From: Raillietiella orientalis
Taxonomy: Eukaryota
NCBI GenBank assembly: GCA_036172245.1
Contig: JAYWIR010000015.1
Coordinates: 2,046,001 to 2,110,000 of the forward strand
Direction: 5' to 3'
Length of the DNA stretch: 64,000 nt
Shown piece by piece: positions 26,400 through 38,808 of this stretch. Both the position numbers and the translations under genes were made by a program. Numbering within the stretch: the stretch's first letter is position 1; each line of letters begins with the position of its first letter. The notes under the pieces are model-generated. The model did not search any database. It saw only the letters and a list, made by a program, of their open reading frames with translations, and had not been told where the DNA came from.

Positions 26400-29030
26400 A
26401 ATTTTTCGTTGGTTGCAGTCAAGTTTTGATGAGATAAATAACGTCCCCAGGGCTACCGGAAGAGTGGAGGGAGGCAAAAAGCACGAGGTGAAACAAGGAA
26501 CCAGCAGAAGATCGAAAAATCATGGAACTTTGTTTCAAGGAGATCAAGAGTATCAAACCAGTATCTGCACTCTTCAGCACGCCTGCATATTTGAGATGGC
26601 TCAGAAGTGTTTTCAGAAATGCGAGGGAACCTCGGTGGGCAAAGCGACAGCAGGGGAAACCTGCTGTTCGATGCTCGAGGCATTCACTTTCTTACCGGAA
26701 AGGAAATAAAGACAGCAGCAAGTTTTTGCGATCTTTCGGAAACGGGCTCACAAACAAGTAACCCTACTCGGTCAAAGACCGGAATTCCCGAATGTGGCAA
26801 GAGGTGTCCCCTACACGAGTTCCTAACCATGCGAGCGGAAGTGCGGATGGAGAAACACCAAACCCCTCCCACTAGAATGCTGCTGCTAGGCATAGCCAAG
26901 TCACAGTTTCTGGGACCGCGCTACAAGTTTCCATGATATCACGTCCGGTTTCTCGAGATCCCTCCAGCCGCCACCAGCTTCCGAAAACTCGATGGTTTGG
27001 AACCTGGGAGCCTGCTGACCCTGCGGGAAAACAGAAATCTCGCCGATGGCCTGCCCACCTTGTCCACGCGCCGCCGCATCGTCGTGCACGTGCGCTCCAG
27101 AGCTCCACCTTGGCGAGCGGGGTCTCGTTTGCTTCGCCGGTTCCGAACAGGACCCGGAAAAGGTGGTGGGGCTGCAGAGAACTGAGGCGTCTCTTGGGAA
27201 GGGGGTGGAGATCGAAAAGTCATTCTGTCAGTGGGGTTGGCGCTCGTGGGCAAAAAATGCGTAGGTCGGCTTGATAGGGAAACCGTCACTTTCTTCCTCT
27301 GTCTGCGGGGAAGATATCCACAGCCAAATTCCTGGTTCCGGTGCTCGCCACCGCTGCGTTCCAGCTGCCAGCCATTCGTGCTCAAGGTGGGGATACAAAC
27401 CAATGACCATCCCCGCCGAAACACTTTGATGGGACGGCCGGATGGGACAGCCCTCCGCCATGATGGGAAACCCCAAGTCTTCGCATGATCCTTCTGGCTA
27501 TCCTTCAACTTCTCGTTCCCTTTCTCGTATTTTTCAACGCCCTGGGCTGGAGTATCTTCTGTGCTAAGACTTGGAGGTTCCTCGGGCGCACTGCTTTCGG
27601 ACGCCGGAAGCACGGCCGAGGTTGGTCGGTTGAGGTCTCTGACTCTTGAAATCTGGTCGTGCGAAGCAGATCCGAAAAAGGGAAGGTGGGAATGCGAGAG
27701 CTGGTTGAAAACCAAAACTAAAGGTGTCCTTGTGATGCGTCTCTGGACAGACACGTCTTCCCGGCAAGGCTTCCGCGCACAAGCGCGTGGAACACGCCCG
27801 TGCGCGGAGACGACTGCTGCCGTGTTATTTTTTCAGGGGTTCGTTCCCAGCTCAAGGAACCCCCCCAGGCGAACATCGTTCAAAAGGGATCGCAGCCGAA
27901 GTGACCATGAGACAGCGGTTCGGGCGGGCTTGCTGCGACTCCCTGTTCCTCCCTCCTTCCCGCCGCCTGCGTTCTTCGCGGAAGATGGGCACGTTCCTCG
28001 AAAGGGTTGGCACCGGCGGCGCAAAGTGCGCGCGATTCGCAGCTGATTGCGCGTCCGATGGAAACAAATCCGCACCTCGTCGACATATCAACGCTACTTC
28101 AACGACTCCGGCGATCTTCAGTGATCGATCCGAATGGCTGTCTGTTGGGGCTCACCAGATGCCCCCTTCGCACCGCGCAGGCATCAATCCACTCATACCA
28201 TCAAACTGAAGCGGCTCGGGGCGCAACGGCGACTTCTTTCAAGAACGCGTTTGTCTCAGGGAAGCGACGACTTCCGCTGCTGCACTTTGGGAGCTCCGTT
28301 GAGACCTCGCTTTCGTCCAGCGCGCAGCCAGCAGTTTGCGGCAGAGCATTCCGGATGGAAACTTCCCGTTTCCGGCGGTGGGAGTACCGGAAGTTTCGCA
28401 AAACGTTCTCGAATCGAAGCGCCGCTCCGTGGCTTCGATGTGCACCGGGAGCATCATCCTTTGCCTCGAGAAGGACACGAGGAACCAACCCGCTCCTGGG
28501 TCAGGTTGGCGGCTTTTCGTCGGGAAGGAGGAATACAGGAAATCTGCGCCAAGGACGTGCCTTCCTCCAACAAACACGAAAGGGTCCCCCTCGACAGCTT
28601 CTGCAGCGGCTCTTTACGCAGCAAGGACCTCCGAATGCCGGGACGCTGGCAATGCTGCGCAGCCGCCAATCTCCACGCGGTGCTGCACCGGAGGGCGAGG
28701 CATCCACTTCATCTCATCCACGAGGAGGGTAGCGAGATGGCCACCCTCCGCCCGGATTGAGGAAGGACCATGGGAAAAACGAAGAACAGCGAGCCGGTGA
28801 CCCTCCCTTCTTCCTTCCTCTCAACCGTGATCCCTTGCCCCGGAGATGGCCAGCGTTTGCGCAGGGTGTTTCCCCATATCGTGTGTTTATTTATTTATTT
28901 TTATTCTCCTCCTTACCGAGCGCGTTTTTTTCTCTCGGCTGCCGACCTACGTGTGGGCGTTCCCCGGTTCGTGCCCTCAAGACATGTTGATTTATTTAAT
29001 TTCAATAAACGTCCCGATGTGACCGGATCT
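26400..29030 (+). mobile_element. Decayed L1/Tx1-like ORF2 3' half with 3' UTR
   Basis: WRSKSHSVSG (W..+.LS+.G), IWSCEADPKKGR...KGVLVMRLW (W..+..PK..GG....A+L+K.+W), a T-rich UTR, and AATAAA at 29004. Confidence 0.55.
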
Positions 29031-29749
29031 TAAACAACTACGGAAGTGTTCGCCGACCTTCGGGATATCAGCGCGTGGGTTTCACGTCACGTCACGGGTC
29101 CTGTCACGGGTCCACCTTTCTAAGCAGCGTTTCGGGAAAGCGACGATCCATGGAAACATGGCGAAATTATTTTTCTCGATGCGCGCTCCAGACGAGCAGG
29201 TAGGAAAACAGCCGGCGGCGATGGCTGATCTCGCAGACAGGTACTCATGTCTCTAGCGTCTCCTTAAATTGATAACCTGGCTCCTCGCCCTGTTTTTTCT
29301 GGGAAGCTTCTGAACTCATTTTCGTCCCGCTACCGTTAGCAGAGGCTGACGGCGTGCAAATCCACAAGAGCCGGAAGGGTTGTTGCGGAATCTTATTCCT
29401 CAGAGGTTTGGGCTACTGCGGACGATCCAGAGATTCGTGGGGGATCTGCTTGAGAAACCGAAGTCGCTAGTTCTTATCGGCTCCCAATCCTTCCTCCACG
29501 TGGATCCTCTTACGGCACGTTGCCTAAGCCGCCGAATGCATCCTAAATTTTCTCCCGTCCCTTTCCTCCGTCCCACGAACTATTCTTATCTTCGTTTTCC
29601 TTACACAACTTGCTGTCAAACTGTTCACCCAGTGATTTATCACCTTATGTCCTAATTATTGATGATCAGATTCTGTTATTCTTGAACTGTCGAATTCGGG
29701 GACCCGTGGTTTCGTGCTCACTGCGTTACTTTCAGAGAAAGACGAACGG

Positions 29750-32700
29750 TTTCGTCCTTGCAGTCAAAGGTCTTCCTCGGCTGTCCTTGGTAAACCAGTA
29801 TTCACATTTCAAATCCCACTAGGGACCGAGAGGCATCACCCAACTTTCGCTGCGATACTCGCATAATTCACCAGCGCTTCTTGCGAAGAGCGAAACGGAT
29901 CCCACCGGATGAACGAAAATCTCATTGACTACTCTGATACGGATGCAGTCCGTTTTCGTTTTTCCCTGAGACCATTAAGCTGAGCCCGAATTCCGCAGTT
30001 TCTTGTAGCCTCCAGTTTCTGCCGGAAGCTTTTCCGGAATCCATCACACCCAGCCAGCACATGATGAAATACATGTGTCGTGCATTTGCGTGAAGATGGC
30101 TTCCTACCTTCTTTCGCGCAAGAGGTTTCAAGTGAATATTCCAGGACTTGGTCCAGAAGCATGTTGTAGAAGACTCGCAAGCGCTTTCAGGCGAGCAACT
30201 TCAGCTGCTGATGGAAGGTTTCCCTTGTCGTGGGCTAGTGGCCTTCCATGTCCAAGACTGGGGTGGCGAAACGCGGCCACACCAGCTGGGTTTCTCACCT
30301 CGATAGTCAGCAGCAGAAGAAAAAAAAAAAAATTTTTGTTGCTTGCAAATTAGCAGCCACAAGTGATGAATATCGTATGATTGAAACATCCTAGCCATTG
30401 AATTGAAATGCAGTAGAAATGCAGTAGGGCTCCTTGCGCAGCTATACTTCCCAGTGTGACTTAATTCTTGATATGGGCATATGCGATCGGAGGGAAAACC
30501 TTTAAACACATCGGCAGCATTTGTAGAGTTCCATACACTTCAGGTGTTGGAATAAGGAAGAACGGCAGTTATTTACATCGGACATGATCCATGAAAAGAA
30601 GAGGGAGGAAAGTCTCTATCCGAGAGTCTCTTTATACGACCACAAAAAAAGAACCAGTTCTTCCATGGGTTCTCCTGAAGACTTTACAATGAAACATTAT
30701 GAAAAAGCAATAATTTCTCATCGTCCTTTGGTATTCACGGACTCCAGTTTTCACCAGACAGTTTCATAAGTGAGCAATCGGTCTGGAACTAGAATGCAGC
30801 GTGATGTAATGATTCTCATAAATCAAGGACCACGAATCATAAAGCCTGAACTGAGTTCCTTTGCAAATCCTCATACAAAGGCGCCTTCCGGTTTCCGAAC
30901 TCTTGAAGGACGATGTTGATTCTGAATGCCACACGTCCTAATGAATTGCCATATCGTCTCTTTAACCACCAGGAGAGCGCGTCCCACAATTGGAAACCTA
31001 ACAACTCTATTATGGTGGGAACTTATTTAGCCCAAAGATGAAAAAGGGAAAAACAAGACACAAAAACGGATTCCCCAATGGCTGTTGTCAGTATATGTTA
31101 CAAATCTGCACAAAATTAAAAGGAATGAGACGACTTGAGGAAGCAGTCAACTGATTTTAAAACAGCGATCCTTTTCGGGGGGAGGAAATGCGAATCTGAT
31201 TGGCATTCGAAGAACAAACAACCCATCTTCTCCTCCGAGATCGAAACGGTAAGAGGAATGGTTGCCATTGACAAATGCCTTTAAAATAACTTGATTAATG
31301 CAATCATTCTTTGCAAAGCTCTTCGCTTCTAGGAAGAAGTTACTAGAGAATAATTTCCCTTTCATAGTTCGCTGATTAACAGCTTTTAAAGAATGAAAGT
31401 CCAAATGTGGACCCATTCAGTTGTTGACCCTTAGTGGAATTGGCAAATGTGCCAAAGAGCACTGGTCGTATGAAGCGATCAGATGCATCGAGGCACTGTC
31501 TCTTCTTGACTTGAGGAACCGTTTCTTTAATGAAGGCAGTTGCTTCCACGTGCAATTTCACGTCAGCTTTTTTCGCCCTGGCCTTGCGATTCCCACAAAA
31601 TTGATAAAATCTTTCAGCCGTGCACGCTCTTTCCTTCAGATCAAATGTTCTAGATCGTTCCATCTATCCCAGTGATCGCTAAGACATGCATTTTGCCAAT
31701 TCAAGAAGCCTAATCAAACGAAAAATCGGACCAGTTCAATTAGTTCGATAAATGCAATGAGAGCCACGGAGTTCTTTCCTTTTTTTTCTTCCTCGTGATG
31801 GAACCCATCTGCATGTTCCAGCAAGCTTCCGACACTTATCTTCTTAAATCCTGCCGACTAGCACTAAATTCTTTTTTTAGAAATGGCCATAATCTGGAAA
31901 ACAAGCGCGCGAAGACAAGGATTCGTGGAGCACACGCGGCCCTCCAGCATTCGCGCGTTCTCTTTCGCGGGGACAAAGTTTTAGACCTCGATTTAGACTT
32001 TGCAAAAGCAGACATCTTTGTCTTTCCGTGGTGCACGTCTTGGAGAAAGAGAGAGGCGGGGAGAGGGAGAGAGAGAGAGAGAGAGAGAGAAGTAGGAACG
32101 ACGTTTTCCGGAACCTGGAAAGCATCAAATCATAAATCTCCACCATCGTTCTTGCGGGCTGACAGAGTGATGAAACAAGCACATATTATGTTTGTAAATG
32201 TGCAAGTAGTCTTTTGCCTGCACAGTGAGAGGCAGCAATATTGATTATCAGAGACGGATCATTGCTCAGAAACGGAGCGTGAGGACGACAAGATTAATAC
32301 ACAACACCATGCCGTTCCGTTGGATGAACCTTCAAATGACTCCTTTGATGCTTCTGGGCTGCGGAAGACATGAATTTCATGCTTTTGGATGTGCTTTCGA
32401 GAAAACAGACGCTTCTACACATGGTGTCAAAAGCGTGCAGATCCGTCAAGGGGGTCTGATTTCCAAACGACGTGGACCAACAGGAAATCACCTGCTCGGT
32501 GCAAGCCCAGTGCAACAGAAAATTGGACCACAAAAACAAGCTCATTTCTCCCACCCACCCCCTTGCCCTACATTGTATTTAACTTCCTAATGCCTCATCT
32601 AATTAGAATACCACCGATTGACTCGTAAGAAACCATGGCTGCCATGATCTTCACGACGACTAACCGTGCAGCTTTAATGCGATTGAGCAGAGATCTCTGA

Positions 32701-33000
32701 CATCTTTCACAGCATTTTGCTTAAACAACTTGGATGATGGCCGATTGTTCTCTCTCATCATCGAGTAATCCGAGCTACCATCCCACAAGCCACAGAAACG
32801 TGCACCTAATGATCACAGTGTTCCACTTCATTTTTGCCGACACTGATAGCCCACTGATTGGATGGAGGGGGACTGACAGTCTCCGGGCATATCTGTGAGA
32901 GACACAATGGAGCAAAGAACCATTCTGCTCTACATCAAAAGCAGAGTAACGGATCGCAGCTTCAGTTTGCACCCCCTTCCAGCAGATAGCCTTCCGTCCA
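29750..33000 (-). mobile_element. Decayed I/Jockey-like LINE (EN remnant, linker, RT)
   Basis: In order on minus: GLWDG (H.LWG-like), SPG, IAF..CKVF (YRPIAL..CK), LFQHLK.YG...FKGFPSDR (L..YG.....FL.+R), AQGALL (PQGS.L). AT-richer than the L1-like pieces. Confidence 0.5.
32067..32090. repeat. (GA)12 microsatellite
   Basis: Seen directly. Confidence 0.95.
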
Positions 33001-33067
33001 TGTTTTCCACGACGATTCACATGAGGATGCATGCGATTGCATCGGAATCCAAAATTAAAAAGCAAAA

Positions 33068-33070
33068 ACA

Positions 33071-33102
<32 letters not shown>

Positions 33103-33108
33103 CACACA
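33068..33108. repeat. Compound (CA)10(GA)7 microsatellite
   Basis: Seen directly. Confidence 0.95.
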
Positions 33109-33699
33109 AAAGGAAGAACGCACTGTGCATCTGTGAGTGGAGTGCCAATAAAGGTTCCGGGAAAATTCACAATGATCTGGGCTGAGGATTGAGATCTGGG
33201 AATTTAAGAATTCGATAAAATCACAGTGAGGGAGGGGCGCGGAATGTATAATACCAGAAGTAAATTTCATTGGAAAAGCGAAAAAAATTCAAGATCTGCA
33301 AGTTCATTGAAGCTCGTTGTTACAGAAGAGTGATCAGAACATTTTTTGTACATCATGTATTTAATCACTCCCACTAAATAAAGTAACCTCAAGGGAATGC
33401 GCGCATCAATGAACGTTTGAAACCTTGTTTCCTCAGCGCGATCTCTGTCCTCTGATTTTATTTGTCCTCAATTTTGTCCTTCATTTGAAATAAGCAGTTG
33501 AAAGCAATTACGAGTCGTTCATTCGTTGAGAGAACGCTTGTTGGGACACTGAATGCCAGAGTCATCTTGGGTGCGTGTCACCATAGCGAGGACGTACATC
33601 AGCAAGAAGCGAAGACTCCAAGAAAGCCCATGAAGTGGCAATCAAATTTAGATAGAGGCCAATTCAGAATAAAGCATTAAAATGAGTCTTTCGTATGAG

Positions 33700-34684
33700 T
33701 ATGAGTATTTCGTAATGTCTTTCGTATCAGAGTAAAATGAATTAAAAATTTATATTGAGTGTTCGAATGTTGATGAGTTAAATAAAATGATCGCTATGTG
33801 TGATGAAGTATGGTTGAATTTTATTTGGAGGTGATACGCTGACAAATTATAGGTGATGGATCAGGGATAAACTTGTTCTTTTTGTAAATGTAAGATGATG
33901 ATGATAAGTTATGGGCTTAGAGGTAGCTATACCAACGAAGAAGTTACCCTGTAACGAAAATACGAGCCACCGCTCGAAGCAAGAGAGTTCGAGCAAAATA
34001 AGACGACCTCCAATCAGGGATGTTCCTTGGAGTTCAACATTACTTAATTAAGAAGGAACCACAAATTGGATCTCCGAGGGGGAAGGCATGTATTCTGCAA
34101 CGCGAAGGAACAGCTATGGAAATGCTGCCGCTGGAGTGTACGGTAAGGTGCGGGTAAATCGACCGGAACAGCCACTGCAGAAGAAAGTTTTCCCTCGAGA
34201 GATTTTGCAGATGAGTACCTGATGTAAGTGAAATGGAGCAGCGGTATGGCCGCTGTAATGAAAGAAGCAAAGGATTCAAAATCCATCCGACTGCAAGAGA
34301 GAGTTGCCGGAGGTGCCTCGATGGCGAAGATCAGGGAGCTGTTGGTAGCATTAGCTGATGGCGGCAGCCTGAAATACTGAAGCGCTGAAATTTTAGAAAC
34401 CTTAAAAGCATATCCCACACTTAATTATGTTAAGCTGCAACTGCTAACCCTAAAATGAATTCACTTCTCTTCGCCTTGCAATTTGTTGAGGATGGCAATG
34501 CCATCCCAAGAAGAAACGGTTCCTGCCGTTCAAACCGAGATGCCCTCAAAACCAACTGGTTTACTCCGCGTGCACAAAACAACAGACTCCTGTAATGAAC
34601 ACCTATGGGGCAGGTTCTGAATTTCGAGCCACTCAGTATGGATCCATACTTGACCTTATCTATAGCAATTGCAGTTAGCACATT
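33700..34684 (-). mobile_element. 5'-truncated I-clade-like LINE remnant with RNase H
   Basis: KVKYGSI...FRTCPI...SLL (I-type YGS...GAFRTSP+.SL), then GYAF...YFRLP...SLIFAIEA (RNase H G.A....RLP...S+F.AE..A), then a weak C-terminal zinc-finger-like segment and an AT-rich tail. Confidence 0.55.
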
Positions 34685-34741
34685 CCTTCATCCTTATTCC
34701 TGTATTGATTGGTGCAATCAATACAGGAATAAGGATGAAGG
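34685..34741. repeat. Perfect 27-bp inverted repeat with a 3-nt loop
   Basis: CCTTCATCCTTATTCCTGTATTGATTG (34685-34711), GTG, then CAATCAATACAGGAATAAGGATGAAGG (34715-34741). Confidence 0.97.
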
Positions 34742-34859
34742 TTTTTGTGATAGTTCCTTTCATCCTCTTGAGGTTTTCTAGAGTTTTTCTTTCTATTTTC
34801 TTTTCTAGTCTGTTCTCATCCCACCATTTTTTTTTCCTTTTTTCCTAGATCAAACGGGA

Positions 34860-35220
34860 GCAGACCTGATGTGTGCGAGTTCAACTGGATCGAAACTGGC
34901 CAGAGTAATCCAGGAAGGTGCAGGCGACCAAGAATTCAGTTCCAAGCTCACTGACATCCAGCAGCTTTCCCGTGAGGAGCTGCAAACTCTGCACCAGCTG
35001 CAAATATCATTTCGAAACAAGCATCAGAGCCAGTGGTTCAAGAAAGGCTTCAGCCCTCGAATTCAAGCGAATGGAGAAGTAGAGCTGACTGCCTCGAAGG
35101 AGAAGATGCCAGCAAGTGATGTGGAAATTCTCGGACTCTCGTCGTGCGCGCTCCTTCCGAAACTCCCAGGGCAAAATTCGTCCATCGAGGAAGAACAACA
35201 TGCACCTTTGTTTTGAAGCT
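34860..35220 (+). mobile_element. Decayed L1-like EN-RT linker fragment
   Basis: EELQTLHQLQISFRNKHQSQWFKKG resembles EL......++..RSR..W+..G. Confidence 0.35.
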
Positions 35221-38200
35221 TCGATCCGGTCCGGGAGACATCCTTTTGAAGAACGGGGAAAAGGAAACCGCGCGCGCGCGCGCAAAACGAAGGATAAAAA
35301 TGCAAAGGCGCGGCACAACTACGCCCATCGTGTTGGGAATCAGGAGAAGAAGCAGCTTCATCTGCGGTTGCGACGGAAGGTTGTGAAATTCTCAGAGTGC
35401 ACGGAATTTCCTAGCGTTTTGGGCGCTTTGGGGTTGCTGCAAAGTCAAAGAAATCGAAGAAATTTCTTCCGCGGACGGAGGATTCGAAAAGAAAGGGCGA
35501 AACGTAGCAAATATTTTGGAGACTCCCAGCGAAGACTCCCCGACATGTTGCTGGCCTTCCATCTTCGAGATCACCTCAAGCCATCTTTACAATGTTTCGC
35601 TTCCATATTTTCCATTCTGGAGCCACCGTGCATGTGGACCGCTCATCCATGCGCGCGTATTTATATCAAGAATCCATTAATACATAACTTGGTAATTTTT
35701 TTTTTTTTTTTTTCTAAAGAAACAACAGCAACAGGGAACCAGAAAAATAAGGCACTCTATTCGATTGCGGAGCAGATCCGTGTTCAAAAGCTTTGATCAG
35801 GATTGCCACTTTTTTCTCCCCTCCGAAAACAAACTTTATACAACATTCGTAGAAAACCTGTTCTGTCGTCAGTAGTAATAATAAAAACTAGAGAATTCAG
35901 ACACGTTGCCTACTCTACTCAAATTAAAGCGAAAGAGCTGGGCGTGACCGGATGGTGGGGGGAGAAAATTGCGCTTGCTTATTTATTTACTTATTTATTT
36001 TTCCGCCACTTTCCTCCTCCTAAAAAAAAAAAGGAGTTAAAATGCTCCATTTGCATGTTGTCTCGTTTCCTGGATTTTATTTTTCCCTCATAGGAAAGTC
36101 TCTCGTAATAATGGGGAAAACGTAACATGAAGAAATTAGCAGAAAAGACCATAAATAAGGTAATGATTCACAGCCACTTCGCCTTGTTGGCTAATGGAAA
36201 AGGAAAAAAAAAAAAAAATTTTCTTTTTTTTTTTTTTTTTTTCTCCTGCTTCGCCCCTCCCCCTCCTCCCTTTTTCTTGCTGGATTGCTGCAATTGTAAA
36301 ATGGCACTGCATGCATACAACATGATTACAAAAGGAAGGGGAAAATCATTACATATCGAAGCAGTGTAGAACACGTGAATTATGGTGCAGCGTTGGGATT
36401 TGTGCTATTGTTTTAAATGAATGCAAATTCTTTTCCATCCATTCTTTCCATTTCTTGTTTGCTTGTTTTGGAAAATGCCGTTGACTTTGGAACCCGAGTG
36501 CGTTCATTCCAAGACTGCTAATCGACGACGACGAAGACTTCTAAAACACCCCGCCCTGTGGAAAAGGCCACGCGGCGGGAATCCCCAAACCAGAATCGCC
36601 ACCCGAAATTCTGATTTTCCATGTTTTTGTGGCAAAAACATTCCGAAAAGGCGAGCAAACTTTGTATTACAATCAAAAAAAAAAAAAAAGCGGAAAAACA
36701 AATACAACGTTACGTTTTCAAACGGAAAAATTCCTGGGGAGCTCCGAAATTTCACAAAATGTCGGTTTTGTCTTGGAATGCGCTGCCGATCTGCGGACCC
36801 ACCGAAAACCACGCGTGCGCGCTGTCGATCGGGAAGAAGAAAAAGAAAGAAAAGAAAGAGAGAAAAAAAAGAGAGAGAGGAAAAAAATGCCTTTCGAATT
36901 TCGAATGGGGAGCTGAAATTTTCACCCAAAAACTCTTAATGTGAAACTTCCCGTCGAAAACGCTTTCGAAAACTATCCGAGGCGTTTAAAAATACGCTCG
37001 CATGCGTTCCGTGCGCTTCCGGAGTCTCCCTTCTCTTCCGGTGGGCTCCCTTATTATCTCACTGATCACAAACCTGCAAGGCCTGGACTGCTTCGAGGAG
37101 GTGGGCGTTCTCCCATTCCCTCCGGGCCGGGGAAGGGAGAGACACGTGCCCGTCCTCTTACTCGGGACGGACGATCCGGGAATCGTCGGGCCGAAAGTGC
37201 GACTCGGTTCCGAGCTGAACAGAGGGACCACCCTCTGACACGAGGTGCAACCACCACCGAAAGGTCAGCAAGCTTCCGGGCCAGAAACGCGCTTCTTAAC
37301 GAACTCGGGAGTTTGCACCGCAACCGAGGACCGAGACGATCCTCAAGCGGGTGTTCCACAAAGAAGAAGGAAGGAAAAAAAAAAAAAAATGGAAGGGAAA
37401 CGCGTTGCCGCGTAATGGGAAGTGCCTTCCGAAAAATGTCCGCGAGACGTTTCAATCTCTGGTGGAAAGCCCGCCCTGTCCTCGCCGATTCAGAAGAGCC
37501 CTCCGTGGATCCAGACGGCTCGGTGGATGCGAGCGCAGTGTCAACCGTCAGAAGAAATGGGATGCCTGCCTCACAAACTTGGGAGCCGGGAGATAAGACC
37601 TTAGATTTATGCCGTGCATGAGATACAGAGATCCTCGTCCGACCTGCCGCCTCGCATGGGCCGTGTGGACGTGAATCATGCTTTTTATCGTCTCCCTCGG
37701 CTCTCTGTTCGTCCCGTGCATCCGCCGGGCTCTCGGAAACAGCATCTCGCTCTCCGGAGCGGTTCGGAGAGCAGCTCCGCCGCATTCGTTCGGCGATGGT
37801 CAAAGAGGGCAGGCCGGCTTCCCACGTCAGGACCTGCCTGCGGGAGCGCGCACCGGCTTGCCTCTTCGAGATCCCACTTTCCCCACGAGGCGGCGGAGGG
37901 GCGGTCGGTCCAAGAATGCGAGGCTGATTTACAATCCGCGAGATGTGCAGGAGCACCTAAACACCACGCGGCGACTGCGACGCGCTTTCCGCTGTCAATC
38001 ACACTTGTGGGCAAAACAATCCCCTCGTCTCTTGCGCACGCCGTGGGTCCGCCGGGAGCGCGCGCGCAGCGCTCGAGTCAGAGTGGGCTGATAATGCGGC
38101 GAAGTGGCATCCCTGCTTCTTACGGTTCAGGCCGGCCTCCGAAAGTGGCCGTGCAAGGAGAGAGAAAAGAAGAAAAAAAAAAAAAAGACCCCCCCCCCAA

Positions 38201-38561
38201 AAAAAAAAAAGGAGAGAGGTAGCTCATGTGATGTACCGCCGCCGCCATCATGTGACCATTGAGCCGTCCTCCTCACCGGATCGCGACGGTGGAGAAGGAA
38301 AAGGCCTCCACCTCGAGAAATACTCCGGAGCCGCGGAGACCCCAGATTCTCTTTCGCCATAACGGCGTCTCAATCCCTCTCTCTTCTTCTCCCTAACTTC
38401 ACATATTTCTTCCTCCTCCCTTCTCCGCCTCAGTGGAACACGCACACGTAAGTGGAAACGCAGACAAGTGAGGTTGTGACCACTACCCCATCCCACCCTA
38501 CTCCAAACGAAAAAGGGGGCGAAAAAACGGTACAAAATAAATAAAATGAAGAGATCCTTAC

Positions 38562-38616
38562 CTGCCATGTAATTGACGTGTAGCACCATCATGCCCAGGT
38601 AGACGATACAGATCAT
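38562..38616 (-). CDS. Probable first coding segment of an unidentified secreted or membrane protein (signal-peptide-like MICIVYLGMMVLHVNYMA + G, phase-1 intron follows)
   Basis: ATG at 38616 has A at -3 (AAAGATG), with in-frame stops upstream in the same exon. It is followed by 18 mostly hydrophobic codons plus 1 nt, then a strong donor CAG|GTAAG at 38562/38561. A short signal-peptide exon ending in a phase-1 intron is a common animal gene layout. The product is not identifiable from 18 aa. Confidence 0.55.
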
Positions 38617-38706
38617 CTTTCCGGATGCTCACCATCAGGGATGAAGTAGCAAAACGATTCAAAAAAACAGGGATAATGGGAACATGGTGATCCGAAACGA
38701 CATGAC

Positions 38707-38808
38707 CTGCAGTTCGGGAGAAAGAAATCCATGTTCACTGACATAATCTGGTGAGCGTTCCCAACCGCACCGTCGGATCAAGCAGTTTGCATCGTGGCGA
38801 ATCCTCAC
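38707..38808 (-). other. Predicted 102-nt 5'-UTR intron of the minus-strand gene
   Basis: Minus-strand donor CAG|GTGAGG at 38809/38808, a possible branch site CTCAC, and a pyrimidine tract plus acceptor TTTCTTTCTCCCGAACTGCAG|G at 38707/38706. Confidence 0.55.

Noticed and set aside
34133..34164. GVYG / GAGKST Walker-A-like motif on +
   Set aside because: It needs a frameshift, has no Walker B or other NTPase context, and the opposite strand is better explained by the I-like RNase H remnant.
34849..35216. Plus-strand ORF after a good acceptor as a host exon
   Set aside because: The translation resembles a LINE EN-RT linker and ends in a stop with no partner exons.
1..38561. Antisense orientation bias of LINEs within the putative intron
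   Set aside because: Fragments occur on both strands in similar numbers, so this gives no independent support for the intron model.
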